From the NCBI GenBank assembly GCA_965369635.1, contig CBDURC010000002.1, positions 1 to 41,501 on the forward strand: a DNA stretch of 41,501 bases, read 5' to 3'. The notes beneath the pieces are model-generated. The model did not search any database. It saw only the letters and a list, made by a program, of their open reading frames with translations, and had not been told where the DNA came from. Positions 23,565-32,195 of the stretch are shown in pieces. Position 1 is the stretch's first letter, and each line of letters starts with the position of its first letter. The position numbers were made by a program, and so were the translations under genes. This DNA comes from an uncultured Anaerolineales bacterium. Its GTDB lineage: Bacteria > Chloroflexota > Anaerolineae > UBA3071.

Positions 23565-25982
23565 ATGTATACCGTGAAGATGCTCAACAGTGGAGATGAT
23601 GTGCTTGGACTACTACGACACGTTGCCACCGGACTTGCACTGACCGCTGTCGTTGCGCTGGCTCTACCGGTGGTGGGCAGTTCAGGCCGGCTGGAGACGG
23701 AATCCTCCGGGCCGACCACAATGCAGACTGAACGGAAGGCCTTGCTGGATGGGCGGATCGTTCCAGTGGATAGAACCGATTGGCCTGATGGTGCTACGCC
23801 CAACGCGATCTTTCCGCGGCGATCCAGCGAGCCCATGGACATGAGTGGTCGCATCGCGTTCGAGACGGATCGCGACAGTGCGTTCAACCTGTACGTGAAA
23901 CATGCTGGCGGTGGCAGTCTGGCCACCACGTTGGTCACCAGTGGGGGCAACGATGTGACGCCCGTCTGGTCGCCCGACGGCGGCCAGGTTGTCTTCGCCA
24001 GCGACCGAGGCGGTGACTACGACATCTACCTACGCACGGCCAGCGGCCAGGAGCACAAGCTAACCCACAATGCGGCCGACGACGTCCATCCAGCTTGGTC
24101 ACCCAGCGGGGATCGCATCATCTTCTCCTCTGACCGCAGCGGGAGCTATTTCCAAGTCTACACTATGCGCGCTGACGGCAGTGACGTGCGACAGGTTGGG
24201 GTCGTGCCAGGCAACAACGCCATGTATCCGCGCTACTCGCCGAACGGCAGCAGGATCGCTTTCATGCGGGCCAGCGTCACGGCTCCCCTCTGCCAGTGGA
24301 ACTGGGACGTCTGGCTCATGAACGCCGACGGCAGCAACCAGCGGCGGGTCACAACCAGCTTGGTCGCTGATGTGTATCCCAATTGGAAGCCCGATGGCAG
24401 TGCGATCATATATGGCAGTTGTCGCAACTTCTTGGATTTCGACCTCTATCTGGTTAATCCAGATACAGGTGCCGAATCCCAGCTCAACGCCTGGTTTCTC
24501 AGCAATGAATGGGGGGCTGTGTACTCGCCTGACGGCCAGTCCCTGGCCTTCGACACGGACTACGAGGGTGACATCGAGATCTACACAGCGCCCGCAGCCG
24601 GCGGTACAGCCTCCAATTTCACGCTGCACATGGCGAACGACCTATCCCCCAGTTGGGGCGACCCGTCCGCCGTGCCTACGTACTCGATCTCCGGCCGCGT
24701 GACTGGGGAAATAAACAATCCGGTACCCGGTGTGACTATCTCCACCGGAGTAGGGCACACCGCTATCACGGACGCCGCCGGCAACTACGCCCTCACTGGC
24801 CTCTTTGCTGGCACCTATACCCTCACCCCGTCCGATCCCGGCTACACCTTCTCGCCGGCTTTACGCTCGGCTACCGTACCGCCGGACGCGACTGACGTTG
24901 ACTTTAGAGCCTACGATGCCGTTTCGCCTGACGGTCGGGTGACGTCGCCAGAGGACGGTACGACCATTGGCCATGGCACGATCATGATCGCTGCTGATGC
25001 CTGGGACAACCCAGGTGGTAGCGGAGTCGCCCGGGTTGATTTTTACGTTAGCTACGACGGCATCCAGCACTGGGTAGACTCTGACGACTCTGTACCCTAT
25101 ACGACGACATGGTCAGTACTCGAAGACCTGCGCTCACAGCAACTCAGGTTCTCTGTGTTCCTGGTGGACAATGCTGGAAATGGCTCCTTTGGGTCTGAGA
25201 GCAACTTGGTGACGTTCCTTGAGTCTTCTGGTGCCCCCGATGTAAGTGAGAACTGGGTGCCAAGGGGCCAGCGAGCGTACTTGAACCAGCGATCCCTGCC
25301 GAGTGGCGACAGCAAGTGTAGCGCTGCCAGTATGTCCATGGTGCTAGCAATGAGCGGCCTGATAGACTCGGACTATGACACCATGGCCAGCAAAGCCAAC
25401 GACATGTACCCTAACGTGCTGGTAAATGGAACGGCCTATGTTTATCAGATGAGGAATGAACTCCGTAACCAGGGCGCGGCGTCGGAGTATGTCGAGGGTA
25501 CAGCAGAGCAAGGATGGCAGAAGATCAAACAAGAAGTTGATGCTGGTCGGGCGGTCATTGTCCGGACGGAACATGGCGTCGTTACTGCAGCGGGCCACTT
25601 CTTTGTGGCTGTTGGCTACCGAGAGACTTCTACAGAACGCCAGATCATCAACTACGACCCCTATGGACGCTGGCAAGGCACTTGCTGCCAGAACAACTAC
25701 GACAAGAACAGTCAGAATCCGAATAGTCACAAAGGGCGATGGGTTCTCTACGACTTCAATCGGGTCTTTGGAAACTACAACTACCTGATTACCGCTTCAC
25801 CGCCACCTCTCTCCGAGTCACTGACGGTGGAAGACACTCCGGACACGGCGCCAGATGAGATTAGCACTGAGCCAGAGGACATTGACACATATCTCGGTGT
25901 TCCCACGGGGGGCTCTACCCTTTTGGATCAACAGGTATTCCTGCCGCTAACACTAGGCTCTCGCTCCTTTGCTCACCGATAG
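23565..25982 (+). CDS. Exported PD40/TolB-like beta-propeller - CarboxypepD_reg-like - Ig-like - C39-like (papain-fold) cysteine peptidase protein
   Basis: 805 aa with an N-terminal hydrophobic anchor or signal. PD40 repeats: PVWSPDGGQVVFASDRGGDYDIY, PAWSPSGDRIIFSSDRSG, PRYSPNGSRIAFMR, PNWKPDGSAIIYGS, AVYSPDGQSLAFDTDYEGDIEIY. SISGRVT...GVTIS...TDAAGNYALTGLFAGTYTLTP. Peptidase motifs KCSAASMSMVLAMSG (Cys codon 25317) and GHFFVAVGY...NYDPYG. No zinc ribbon. Confidence 0.75.
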   Translation: MYTVKMLNSGDDVLGLLRHVATGLALTAVVALALPVVGSSGRLETESSGPTTMQTERKALLDGRIVPVDRTDWPDGATPNAIFPRRSSEPMDMSGRIAFETDRDSAFNLYVKHAGGGSLATTLVTSGGNDVTPVWSPDGGQVVFASDRGGDYDIYLRTASGQEHKLTHNAADDVHPAWSPSGDRIIFSSDRSGSYFQVYTMRADGSDVRQVGVVPGNNAMYPRYSPNGSRIAFMRASVTAPLCQWNWDVWLMNADGSNQRRVTTSLVADVYPNWKPDGSAIIYGSCRNFLDFDLYLVNPDTGAESQLNAWFLSNEWGAVYSPDGQSLAFDTDYEGDIEIYTAPAAGGTASNFTLHMANDLSPSWGDPSAVPTYSISGRVTGEINNPVPGVTISTGVGHTAITDAAGNYALTGLFAGTYTLTPSDPGYTFSPALRSATVPPDATDVDFRAYDAVSPDGRVTSPEDGTTIGHGTIMIAADAWDNPGGSGVARVDFYVSYDGIQHWVDSDDSVPYTTTWSVLEDLRSQQLRFSVFLVDNAGNGSFGSESNLVTFLESSGAPDVSENWVPRGQRAYLNQRSLPSGDSKCSAASMSMVLAMSGLIDSDYDTMASKANDMYPNVLVNGTAYVYQMRNELRNQGAASEYVEGTAEQGWQKIKQEVDAGRAVIVRTEHGVVTAAGHFFVAVGYRETSTERQIINYDPYGRWQGTCCQNNYDKNSQNPNSHKGRWVLYDFNRVFGNYNYLITASPPPLSESLTVEDTPDTAPDEISTEPEDIDTYLGVPTGGSTLLDQQVFLPLTLGSRSFAHR

Positions 25983-26042
25983 GTGGTGTTGCTGTCATAA
26001 CGCCAAAATGGCACTAGCTGATCTTGCCGTGAGGTGATCCTG

Positions 26043-26219
26043 ATGCCTGTTGAGAAGCTCGCAACCGATACTGCCTCTATGGCTGCCCACTTGGTCGAGA
26101 CCATCATCAAGGATGTGTGGTCGAAACTGGATGCGGCATCAGAGAAACCCAAGCCCAGTGAATACCTTGGCCAGCGTGCCATCAGCGCTATTCAAGGACA
26201 CAGGGATGCGGGTGAATAG
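26043..26219 (+). CDS. Hypothetical small protein (58 aa)
   Basis: ATG 26043 lies 6 nt after GAGGTG. Coding-like codon usage in an otherwise empty 254-nt gap. No recognisable motif. Confidence 0.3.
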   Translation: MPVEKLATDTASMAAHLVETIIKDVWSKLDAASEKPKPSEYLGQRAISAIQGHRDAGE

Positions 26220-26236
26220 GGGAAACGAACAAGATC

Positions 26237-28027
26237 ATGTACTGCACTCTATGTGGAAAACGAAACGAAGACACCTCCAAGTTTTGCATGTACTGCGGTG
26301 CGGCCTTGCAGGCGCCACCCCGGCCTGCACCCCCGACGCCGCGGCCATCACGAACTTCTTCCGTCGCAATGGGGCCCTCCAGGCCAACTGGTCGAGGACG
26401 AGGCCCGCGACGCGCCCTGCTGATCATAAGCAGCTTGATAGGTGTGGTAATCCTGTTGGCTGCCGCTGCCTGGCTGGTTGGACGTCTCTGGCTGCGTCTG
26501 GGGGCTAACGAAACGGCGAAGATGATGCCGGCCGACACCGATCTCTACGTGATCTTCAACCCCGGACTGCGCCAGTTGATCCGCCTGAACGACCTATCCC
26601 GGCTGCAAGTGTTGGGCGCACCGGTGGAAGCCCTGGGCTTGGCTGATGCGTTGGGGATCAGCGAGAGCATCAACGAATTAGGCATTGACTTCCAGACGGA
26701 CGTCAGGCCCTGGATCGGGCTGGAAGCAGCAGTCAGCGTCATGGATATCGAAGACGCATCGCAAGGCGTTGTCGTTGCTGCCGCAACTCGCAGCCGGAAA
26801 GCATCGGACAAGTTCCTCCAGAAGCTGCGGGATCAAATGGAAGCCGGTGGTTCTTCTTTCGATGAGACGACGTACCGGCGTATTCCGATCGCATTCGAGG
26901 TTGTGGGGTCCGAGGAGAAGACAGCCTTTGCGACGCTCAATCGTTTTGTGGTTGTGGCCGACAGCCTGGCGGCAATGCAGCAAGTCATTGACGCCACCCA
27001 GGGCGAGGCACCCAACCTTGGAGAGAGCTCCAACTACCGCGACCTCATGCGCCATCTTCCGAGTAACCGCTCTGGGGCCATCTATGTGCCACAGGCTCTG
27101 ACACGGGAATTGGGTGAGGTACTCGGTCTTGGCGTTTTCGAGGGATATCGAGGTCTGGCCATAGCGCTCTCGCTGGAAGCTAACCGCGCTTGCCTCGATA
27201 TCGTGCAGGAGTTCGGCACGGACACCCTGAGCCGGGCAGAGATCGACTACATCCGTCGTTCAGGCCATAGCCCACAAATCACCAGGGCGATTCCCGATGA
27301 TGCACTGTTTGTGCTGACCGGCAAGGACTTGCCAACTGGCTGGCGTATGTCTCTGGGAAGTATACCAGGCTTCTCCCCAGAAGGCATTGATGACATCGTG
27401 GAAGAAATCCGTTACGATACTGGCGTTGACCTGGAAGAGGACATCTTCAGTTGGATGACCGGTGAATACGCGCTGGTAGCCCTGGGCGATCCAGATGACC
27501 CCTTGGCTCTGGATATGCCCATTTCCTTGCTTTTTGTTGCTGAAGTACCCGGTCGAGACCAGCGCCAAGCTGAACGTGCCGTCAATGATCTATTCGAAGC
27601 ATTGGCCCTGAACAGCGACGCGACCCTGGAGACCCGCACGTTGAACGGTATTGAGATGCATACTTTCAGCGACCGTTGGTCAGACTTCTCTCTGGGCTAC
27701 GGTATGCTCGATGAACACCTTGTGGTTGGCGTCTCGCTGTCCACGCTGAGGGCTGCGGCTCGCGCTAAAGACAACCCCCTGGCCGAGTATCCTACCTTTC
27801 AGCAAAGCGTGCGCCCGTTGCCCAAAAACAACCACGGTGTCTTTTATCTCAACGTTCGCGACGTTGTGCGTCTTCTCAAACGCTCTATGAGCGACTACGA
27901 GCGTCAGGATTTCGAGAAAGAGGTCGAACCCTATCTCGACCCGTTGGTCGCCGTCAGCGGTACAAGCCTGCCTGCTGACAAGAACGGATTTCAGCGGAGT
28001 GTGATCTACCTGCACCTGGCCCAATAA
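26237..28027 (+). CDS. Zinc ribbon - TM - large uncharacterised ectodomain protein (possibly DUF3352-like, unverified)
   Basis: 596 aa. The ribbon MYCTLCGKRNEDTSKFCMYCG starts at residue 3. Pro/Arg-rich spacer, TM ALLIISSLIGVVILLAAAAWLVG, then a ~500-aa ectodomain with no motif I can name with confidence. Confidence 0.7.
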   Translation: MYCTLCGKRNEDTSKFCMYCGAALQAPPRPAPPTPRPSRTSSVAMGPSRPTGRGRGPRRALLIISSLIGVVILLAAAAWLVGRLWLRLGANETAKMMPADTDLYVIFNPGLRQLIRLNDLSRLQVLGAPVEALGLADALGISESINELGIDFQTDVRPWIGLEAAVSVMDIEDASQGVVVAAATRSRKASDKFLQKLRDQMEAGGSSFDETTYRRIPIAFEVVGSEEKTAFATLNRFVVVADSLAAMQQVIDATQGEAPNLGESSNYRDLMRHLPSNRSGAIYVPQALTRELGEVLGLGVFEGYRGLAIALSLEANRACLDIVQEFGTDTLSRAEIDYIRRSGHSPQITRAIPDDALFVLTGKDLPTGWRMSLGSIPGFSPEGIDDIVEEIRYDTGVDLEEDIFSWMTGEYALVALGDPDDPLALDMPISLLFVAEVPGRDQRQAERAVNDLFEALALNSDATLETRTLNGIEMHTFSDRWSDFSLGYGMLDEHLVVGVSLSTLRAAARAKDNPLAEYPTFQQSVRPLPKNNHGVFYLNVRDVVRLLKRSMSDYERQDFEKEVEPYLDPLVAVSGTSLPADKNGFQRSVIYLHLAQ

Positions 28028-28052
28028 CGAGAATCATACTTGGAGGTAAACC

Positions 28053-29954
28053 ATGGCCAAGCCCAAATTCTGTCCCTACTGCGGCGAACCAACCGGCTCT
28101 CAACTCGGCAACTTCTGCATGGCCTGTGGCAAGCCCCTGAGCAAGACACCAGAACCAGCACCTAGGAAAACCGCTACGGCAGCGGCCGCCCCGCAGCTTC
28201 GGGTGCCGAAGCCTGCAAAGGTGTCAAAACCCCGCCTGCCGCGCTCTCTATCGGTTCGCCGTTTCCGCATCTTTGTTCCCACCACCCTATTTGGCATCTT
28301 CGATGTCATCGCAGTGATTGCCGCTGTCATCGTGCTGGCTGTCACGCAGATCCGTCCCCCATCCAGCAGTTGCCAGCCCCTGACCCCACCTGAGGATGCC
28401 CGTGTAGCTGATAGTCGCGATACCATATCCGGCAAGCTCAGCGGCTTTGTGATTCTGCAAGCCGGCCAAACCTACGACTTGACAGGAGCGGTGACCGTTC
28501 TCGAGGAGGCCACACTGCAGATTGAAGCGGGGGCGCGTCTACACTTTGATCGGGGTGCCCGGCTCGACGTCAACGGTCTGATCCACGCCTGCGGCAACCG
28601 CAGCAATCCGATCATATTCACCTCCAACCGCGACGGCGCGACCAGCGGGCCGGTCGCCAAGGCAGGCGATTGGCAGGGGATTCGCATCCTCGACTCCAGC
28701 AGTGATTCCTCAATTCTGAATCACGTCCAGATACGCTTTGCCGGTAGCGATAACTACCCCGCCATCTATCTGGATCAGGCCTCGCCCACGCTGGCCGACG
28801 TGCGAATCACCGACAGCGCCGCCTTTCCTATCAGCGCCGACGTCATTTCAGAGCCCAAGTTCGCCGGCGACGTGATCCTGGATAACAACGCTGTCAAAGG
28901 CATGGAAGTGCGCGGCGGTGAGCTGTACGGCAGCACGACGTGGGAAGGCAGCGAAGTTGTGCGTGTAATCAGCGGCAACATAACCATCAAGGATAGCGGT
29001 CGTCTGACCATCAAGCCAGGCCTGGTGCTGAAGTTCGGCGACAACCGCGGGCTAAACGTCGAGGGCACGCTGATCGCCGTCGGCGGGCGGGGTGCGCCCA
29101 ACCTCAACGATGGCAAGAGCATCGTCTTCACCGGGTTGCGAGATGACGCAGCGGCAGGCGATACCGATCTGCACACAGCCGAGCCTGATGCCGGCGACTG
29201 GCGGGGCATCACCTTCCGCGAGAGTAACCGCAATACCAGTCTGCGCCGGGCCTTCGTACGCTACGCCGGTCAGGATGGCCGCGCCGCTATCCATCTGGAG
29301 AATGCCGATCCAGAGCTGTCGGACGTTGCTATCGAGCACAACGCCGGCTATGCTATCAGCAGCGACGCCGTTTCCTCACCCGAGATCAGCAACCTGATTC
29401 TTAGCGACAATGGACTGGGCAGCGGTTGGGAAATCCGAGGCGGAACGCTGTCCGAGCGGGCAACCTATCGCTGGCAGGCTACTCGTGGGCTGGTGCGAGT
29501 GGTTAGCGGCAACCTGGCCGTGGGCCGAGAGGCTACCTTGGTCATTGAAGAGGGTGTCCAAGTGCGCTTTGCTCTGGGTACAGGGCTGAACGTTGACGGC
29601 GCCCTGGAGATTGCCGGCGGCGAAGATCGCCCGGTCGTGATGAGTTCGCTTCGCGATGATGCCGACGACGCCGGTGGCGACGTAGATGGCAGCGCAGCGA
29701 CCTCGGCACCGGGCGATTGGCGAGGTGTGACCTTCGGCCCCAACAGCAATGATCGGCGCAGCGCTGTGCGCCATACCTTGATCCGCTACGCCGAAAGCGG
29801 CCTGAGATTCGACGGCGTGGGGCCTGCGGTAGAGAACGTGACCGTGGAGCAATCCAGAGGCTCCCCATTACGCTGTGACGGCAACGCCCGACCATCTTTC
29901 AGCAACATCACCCTGTTCGACAATGCGGAGAGTGCTACCTGTGACATCCCTTAA
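28053..29954 (+). CDS. Zinc ribbon - TM - right-handed parallel beta-helix repeat ectodomain protein
   Basis: 633 aa with a GGAGG RBS. Ribbon FCPYCGEPTGSQLGNFCMACG. TM LFGIFDVIAVIAAVIVLAV. Three iterations of a ~190-aa module carry GDWQGIRI/GDWRGITF/GDWRGVTF and IRFAGSD/VRYAGQDG/IRYAESG. Confidence 0.75.
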   Translation: MAKPKFCPYCGEPTGSQLGNFCMACGKPLSKTPEPAPRKTATAAAAPQLRVPKPAKVSKPRLPRSLSVRRFRIFVPTTLFGIFDVIAVIAAVIVLAVTQIRPPSSSCQPLTPPEDARVADSRDTISGKLSGFVILQAGQTYDLTGAVTVLEEATLQIEAGARLHFDRGARLDVNGLIHACGNRSNPIIFTSNRDGATSGPVAKAGDWQGIRILDSSSDSSILNHVQIRFAGSDNYPAIYLDQASPTLADVRITDSAAFPISADVISEPKFAGDVILDNNAVKGMEVRGGELYGSTTWEGSEVVRVISGNITIKDSGRLTIKPGLVLKFGDNRGLNVEGTLIAVGGRGAPNLNDGKSIVFTGLRDDAAAGDTDLHTAEPDAGDWRGITFRESNRNTSLRRAFVRYAGQDGRAAIHLENADPELSDVAIEHNAGYAISSDAVSSPEISNLILSDNGLGSGWEIRGGTLSERATYRWQATRGLVRVVSGNLAVGREATLVIEEGVQVRFALGTGLNVDGALEIAGGEDRPVVMSSLRDDADDAGGDVDGSAATSAPGDWRGVTFGPNSNDRRSAVRHTLIRYAESGLRFDGVGPAVENVTVEQSRGSPLRCDGNARPSFSNITLFDNAESATCDIP

Positions 29955-32181
29955 ACGTAACTGCCCGGCCTGCGGCCAGCCCAATCCACCCAACGCCCGA
30001 TTCTGTATCCGGTGCGGTCAGCCTCTGGCAGAGCCACCGCGCCTGTCGGCCAGGGAGACTCCGGAAGCCGCTGATGGCAACGTGGTCGTGCCCCAGTCTG
30101 ATCAGAAGGCTATCGTCATTGGACGTGATCCTCGGCTCAGCCAACGGGGAGGCTATTTCCTCAACCATCCTGCGCTGTCGTTCCACCACGCTCGGATCGA
30201 ACGCCGCGGCAGCGGTTGGTTCGTTGTGGATCTGAACAGCGAGAAGGGCACGTTTGTTGACTACACCGCCGTGCCGCCCGGCCCAGAAGGTTTGCCCATC
30301 GGCCCCGATAGTGTGGTATGGATCGCTCCCTACGCCTTTCGGGTGCGCAGCCGGGGCGATCGGAGTCCGCTGGAGCAAGCGCACATGCAATTGGACGCTG
30401 TGGATCTGAAGCGCACGGTGCCCGGTGGCAGGCGCGGCGAGTCGATCACCATCCTGGATACGCGAGGCGTGCCCCTTTCCTTTCGACCCGGCGAATTCAT
30501 CGCCCTGGTGGGTGGCAGCGGCACGGGCAAGACCACGCTGATGAAGGCGATCAACGGACTGGCGCCGGCACAAGAGGGTCAGGTGCTGATTGACGGGTCT
30601 CCCATCATCGACGCCGGCAATGCTCGTCAGTTCGCTGCACTCTACAGTATCATCGGCTATGTGCCGCAGGATGACGTGATGTATCGCGATCTGACTGCCA
30701 ACGAGGTACTCACCTACACTGCTCGCCTGCGTTTGGCCAGCCTGAAGCGGGACGAGATGAACCGAGTGATCGAGCAGACGCTGGTCGCAGTAGAGTTGAG
30801 CGAGCATGCCCACAAGCGCGTCGTTCAACTCAGCGGCGGCCAGCGCAAGCGGGTTAACATCGCCATGGAGCTAATCGCCCAACCGCGGCTGCTTTTCCTG
30901 GATGAGCCTACCTCTGGCCTCGATCCGGGCCTCGACTTGGAAGTGATGATGCTCCTGCGGCGATGGGCCAGGGGCCAGGTAGTGGCTGGTGACGGCGGCC
31001 AGACATCAGCAGCCGATCCCAAGACCATCATCCTGGTAACCCACGCCACCGAGAACATCGAGCTGTGTGACTATATCGCCTTCATGGCAACCGGCGGGCA
31101 GTTGGCCTATTTCGGTCCACCGGCGGAGGCAAAACAGTTCTTCTGCCCCTCACGACCGGCTGAGACCGTCACCTATTCTGAAATCTACCGCCTGGTAGCC
31201 AGCACACCAGCAGACGCTGAAACCGGGGCAGTCACCTGGCCCGAGCGCTTCCGGCAGAGTGACTTTTTCCAGCGCTACGTCATCAGCCGCGCGCCAGCGG
31301 CTGTATCGGATACCAAGATAGCACCGGCAGCAGGCGCTGAGCCGCCAACACCCTGGTCTCGACGATTCAGCGGCCAGCGCCTGCGCAGTGCTATGGGCCA
31401 ACTCCGCATCCTGGTCGGCCGTTACAGCCGTTTGGTCTCCAGGGATCGGCTCAACGCCGGCATGTTGTTGTTTCAAGCGCCGCTGACTGCGATGTTATTG
31501 GGGGCTGTCTCTTCGCCCAATGCCCTGCGACCGGCTGGCGCATTAGATGCTGAGAAGGTGCTGTTCATCCTGGCCTGCGCCGCCACCTGGCTGGGGATCA
31601 TCAATGGCACCAAGGAAATCGTCAAGGAGCAGGATATTTACCAGCGCGAGCGGCTGTATGGTCTGGGGGCGGTGCCCTACGTGCTGTCCAAGATCTCTGT
31701 GCTCGGCATCATAGCCTTGCTGCAGACAGTACTCCTGGTGCTGTTTGTGGCGCTGCAATTCGAGCTGCCCGCAGGAGGGGTCTTTCTGCCCCTGTCTGCC
31801 GAGATGTTCATTACCCTCTCTTTGAGCATGATCGCCGGTCTATCGCTGGGTCTGCTGATCTCGGCCTATGCGCGAACGTCTGACCTGGCGACGTCGCTCA
31901 TGTTCCTGGCGCTGATCGTGCAGATCATCTTCTCTGGCCTGCTCTTCGACGCCAGCGGGCTGGCGCAGATACCATCTCTGCTGACGACTAGCCGCTGGGG
32001 ATTGGAGGCGCTGGGTGCCAGTGCCAACCTCAACAGTCTGCTGGTTAGTGCCATTCCCGGTTACGATTGGGACGCAGGATATGCCAGCAGTGGACCAAAC
32101 CTTGTCATTCATTGGTTCATCCTGGTGACATTCAGTGCCGTTCTGATTGCTCTCACCTGCCGCCGCCAGGCACGCAAGTAG
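29941..32181 (+). CDS. Zinc ribbon - FHA - ABC ATPase - ABC-2 permease fusion (ABCG/White-type half transporter)
   Basis: Ribbon NCPACGQPNPPNARFCIRCG. FHA-like IVIGRDP...HHARIERRGSGWFVVDLNSEKGTFVD. Walker A GGSGTGKTT (30511-30537). Signature LSGGQRKRV. Walker B LLFLDEPTSGLD. Six C-terminal TM helices. Start is uncertain: GTG 29941, ATG 29923 or ATG 29875. All three overlap the previous gene's end (29954). Confidence 0.8.
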   Translation: MTSLKRNCPACGQPNPPNARFCIRCGQPLAEPPRLSARETPEAADGNVVVPQSDQKAIVIGRDPRLSQRGGYFLNHPALSFHHARIERRGSGWFVVDLNSEKGTFVDYTAVPPGPEGLPIGPDSVVWIAPYAFRVRSRGDRSPLEQAHMQLDAVDLKRTVPGGRRGESITILDTRGVPLSFRPGEFIALVGGSGTGKTTLMKAINGLAPAQEGQVLIDGSPIIDAGNARQFAALYSIIGYVPQDDVMYRDLTANEVLTYTARLRLASLKRDEMNRVIEQTLVAVELSEHAHKRVVQLSGGQRKRVNIAMELIAQPRLLFLDEPTSGLDPGLDLEVMMLLRRWARGQVVAGDGGQTSAADPKTIILVTHATENIELCDYIAFMATGGQLAYFGPPAEAKQFFCPSRPAETVTYSEIYRLVASTPADAETGAVTWPERFRQSDFFQRYVISRAPAAVSDTKIAPAAGAEPPTPWSRRFSGQRLRSAMGQLRILVGRYSRLVSRDRLNAGMLLFQAPLTAMLLGAVSSPNALRPAGALDAEKVLFILACAATWLGIINGTKEIVKEQDIYQRERLYGLGAVPYVLSKISVLGIIALLQTVLLVLFVALQFELPAGGVFLPLSAEMFITLSLSMIAGLSLGLLISAYARTSDLATSLMFLALIVQIIFSGLLFDASGLAQIPSLLTTSRWGLEALGASANLNSLLVSAIPGYDWDAGYASSGPNLVIHWFILVTFSAVLIALTCRRQARK

Positions 32182-32195
32182 CAACGGAGTTTTCT

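Noticed and set aside
29935-30828. 297-aa minus-strand ORF antisense to the FHA-ABC gene. Similar cases are 33822-34466, 2039-2971, 6924-7469 and 7479-8033.
   Set aside because: They are shadow ORFs over genes with clear motifs, with no RBS or start context and no family resemblance.
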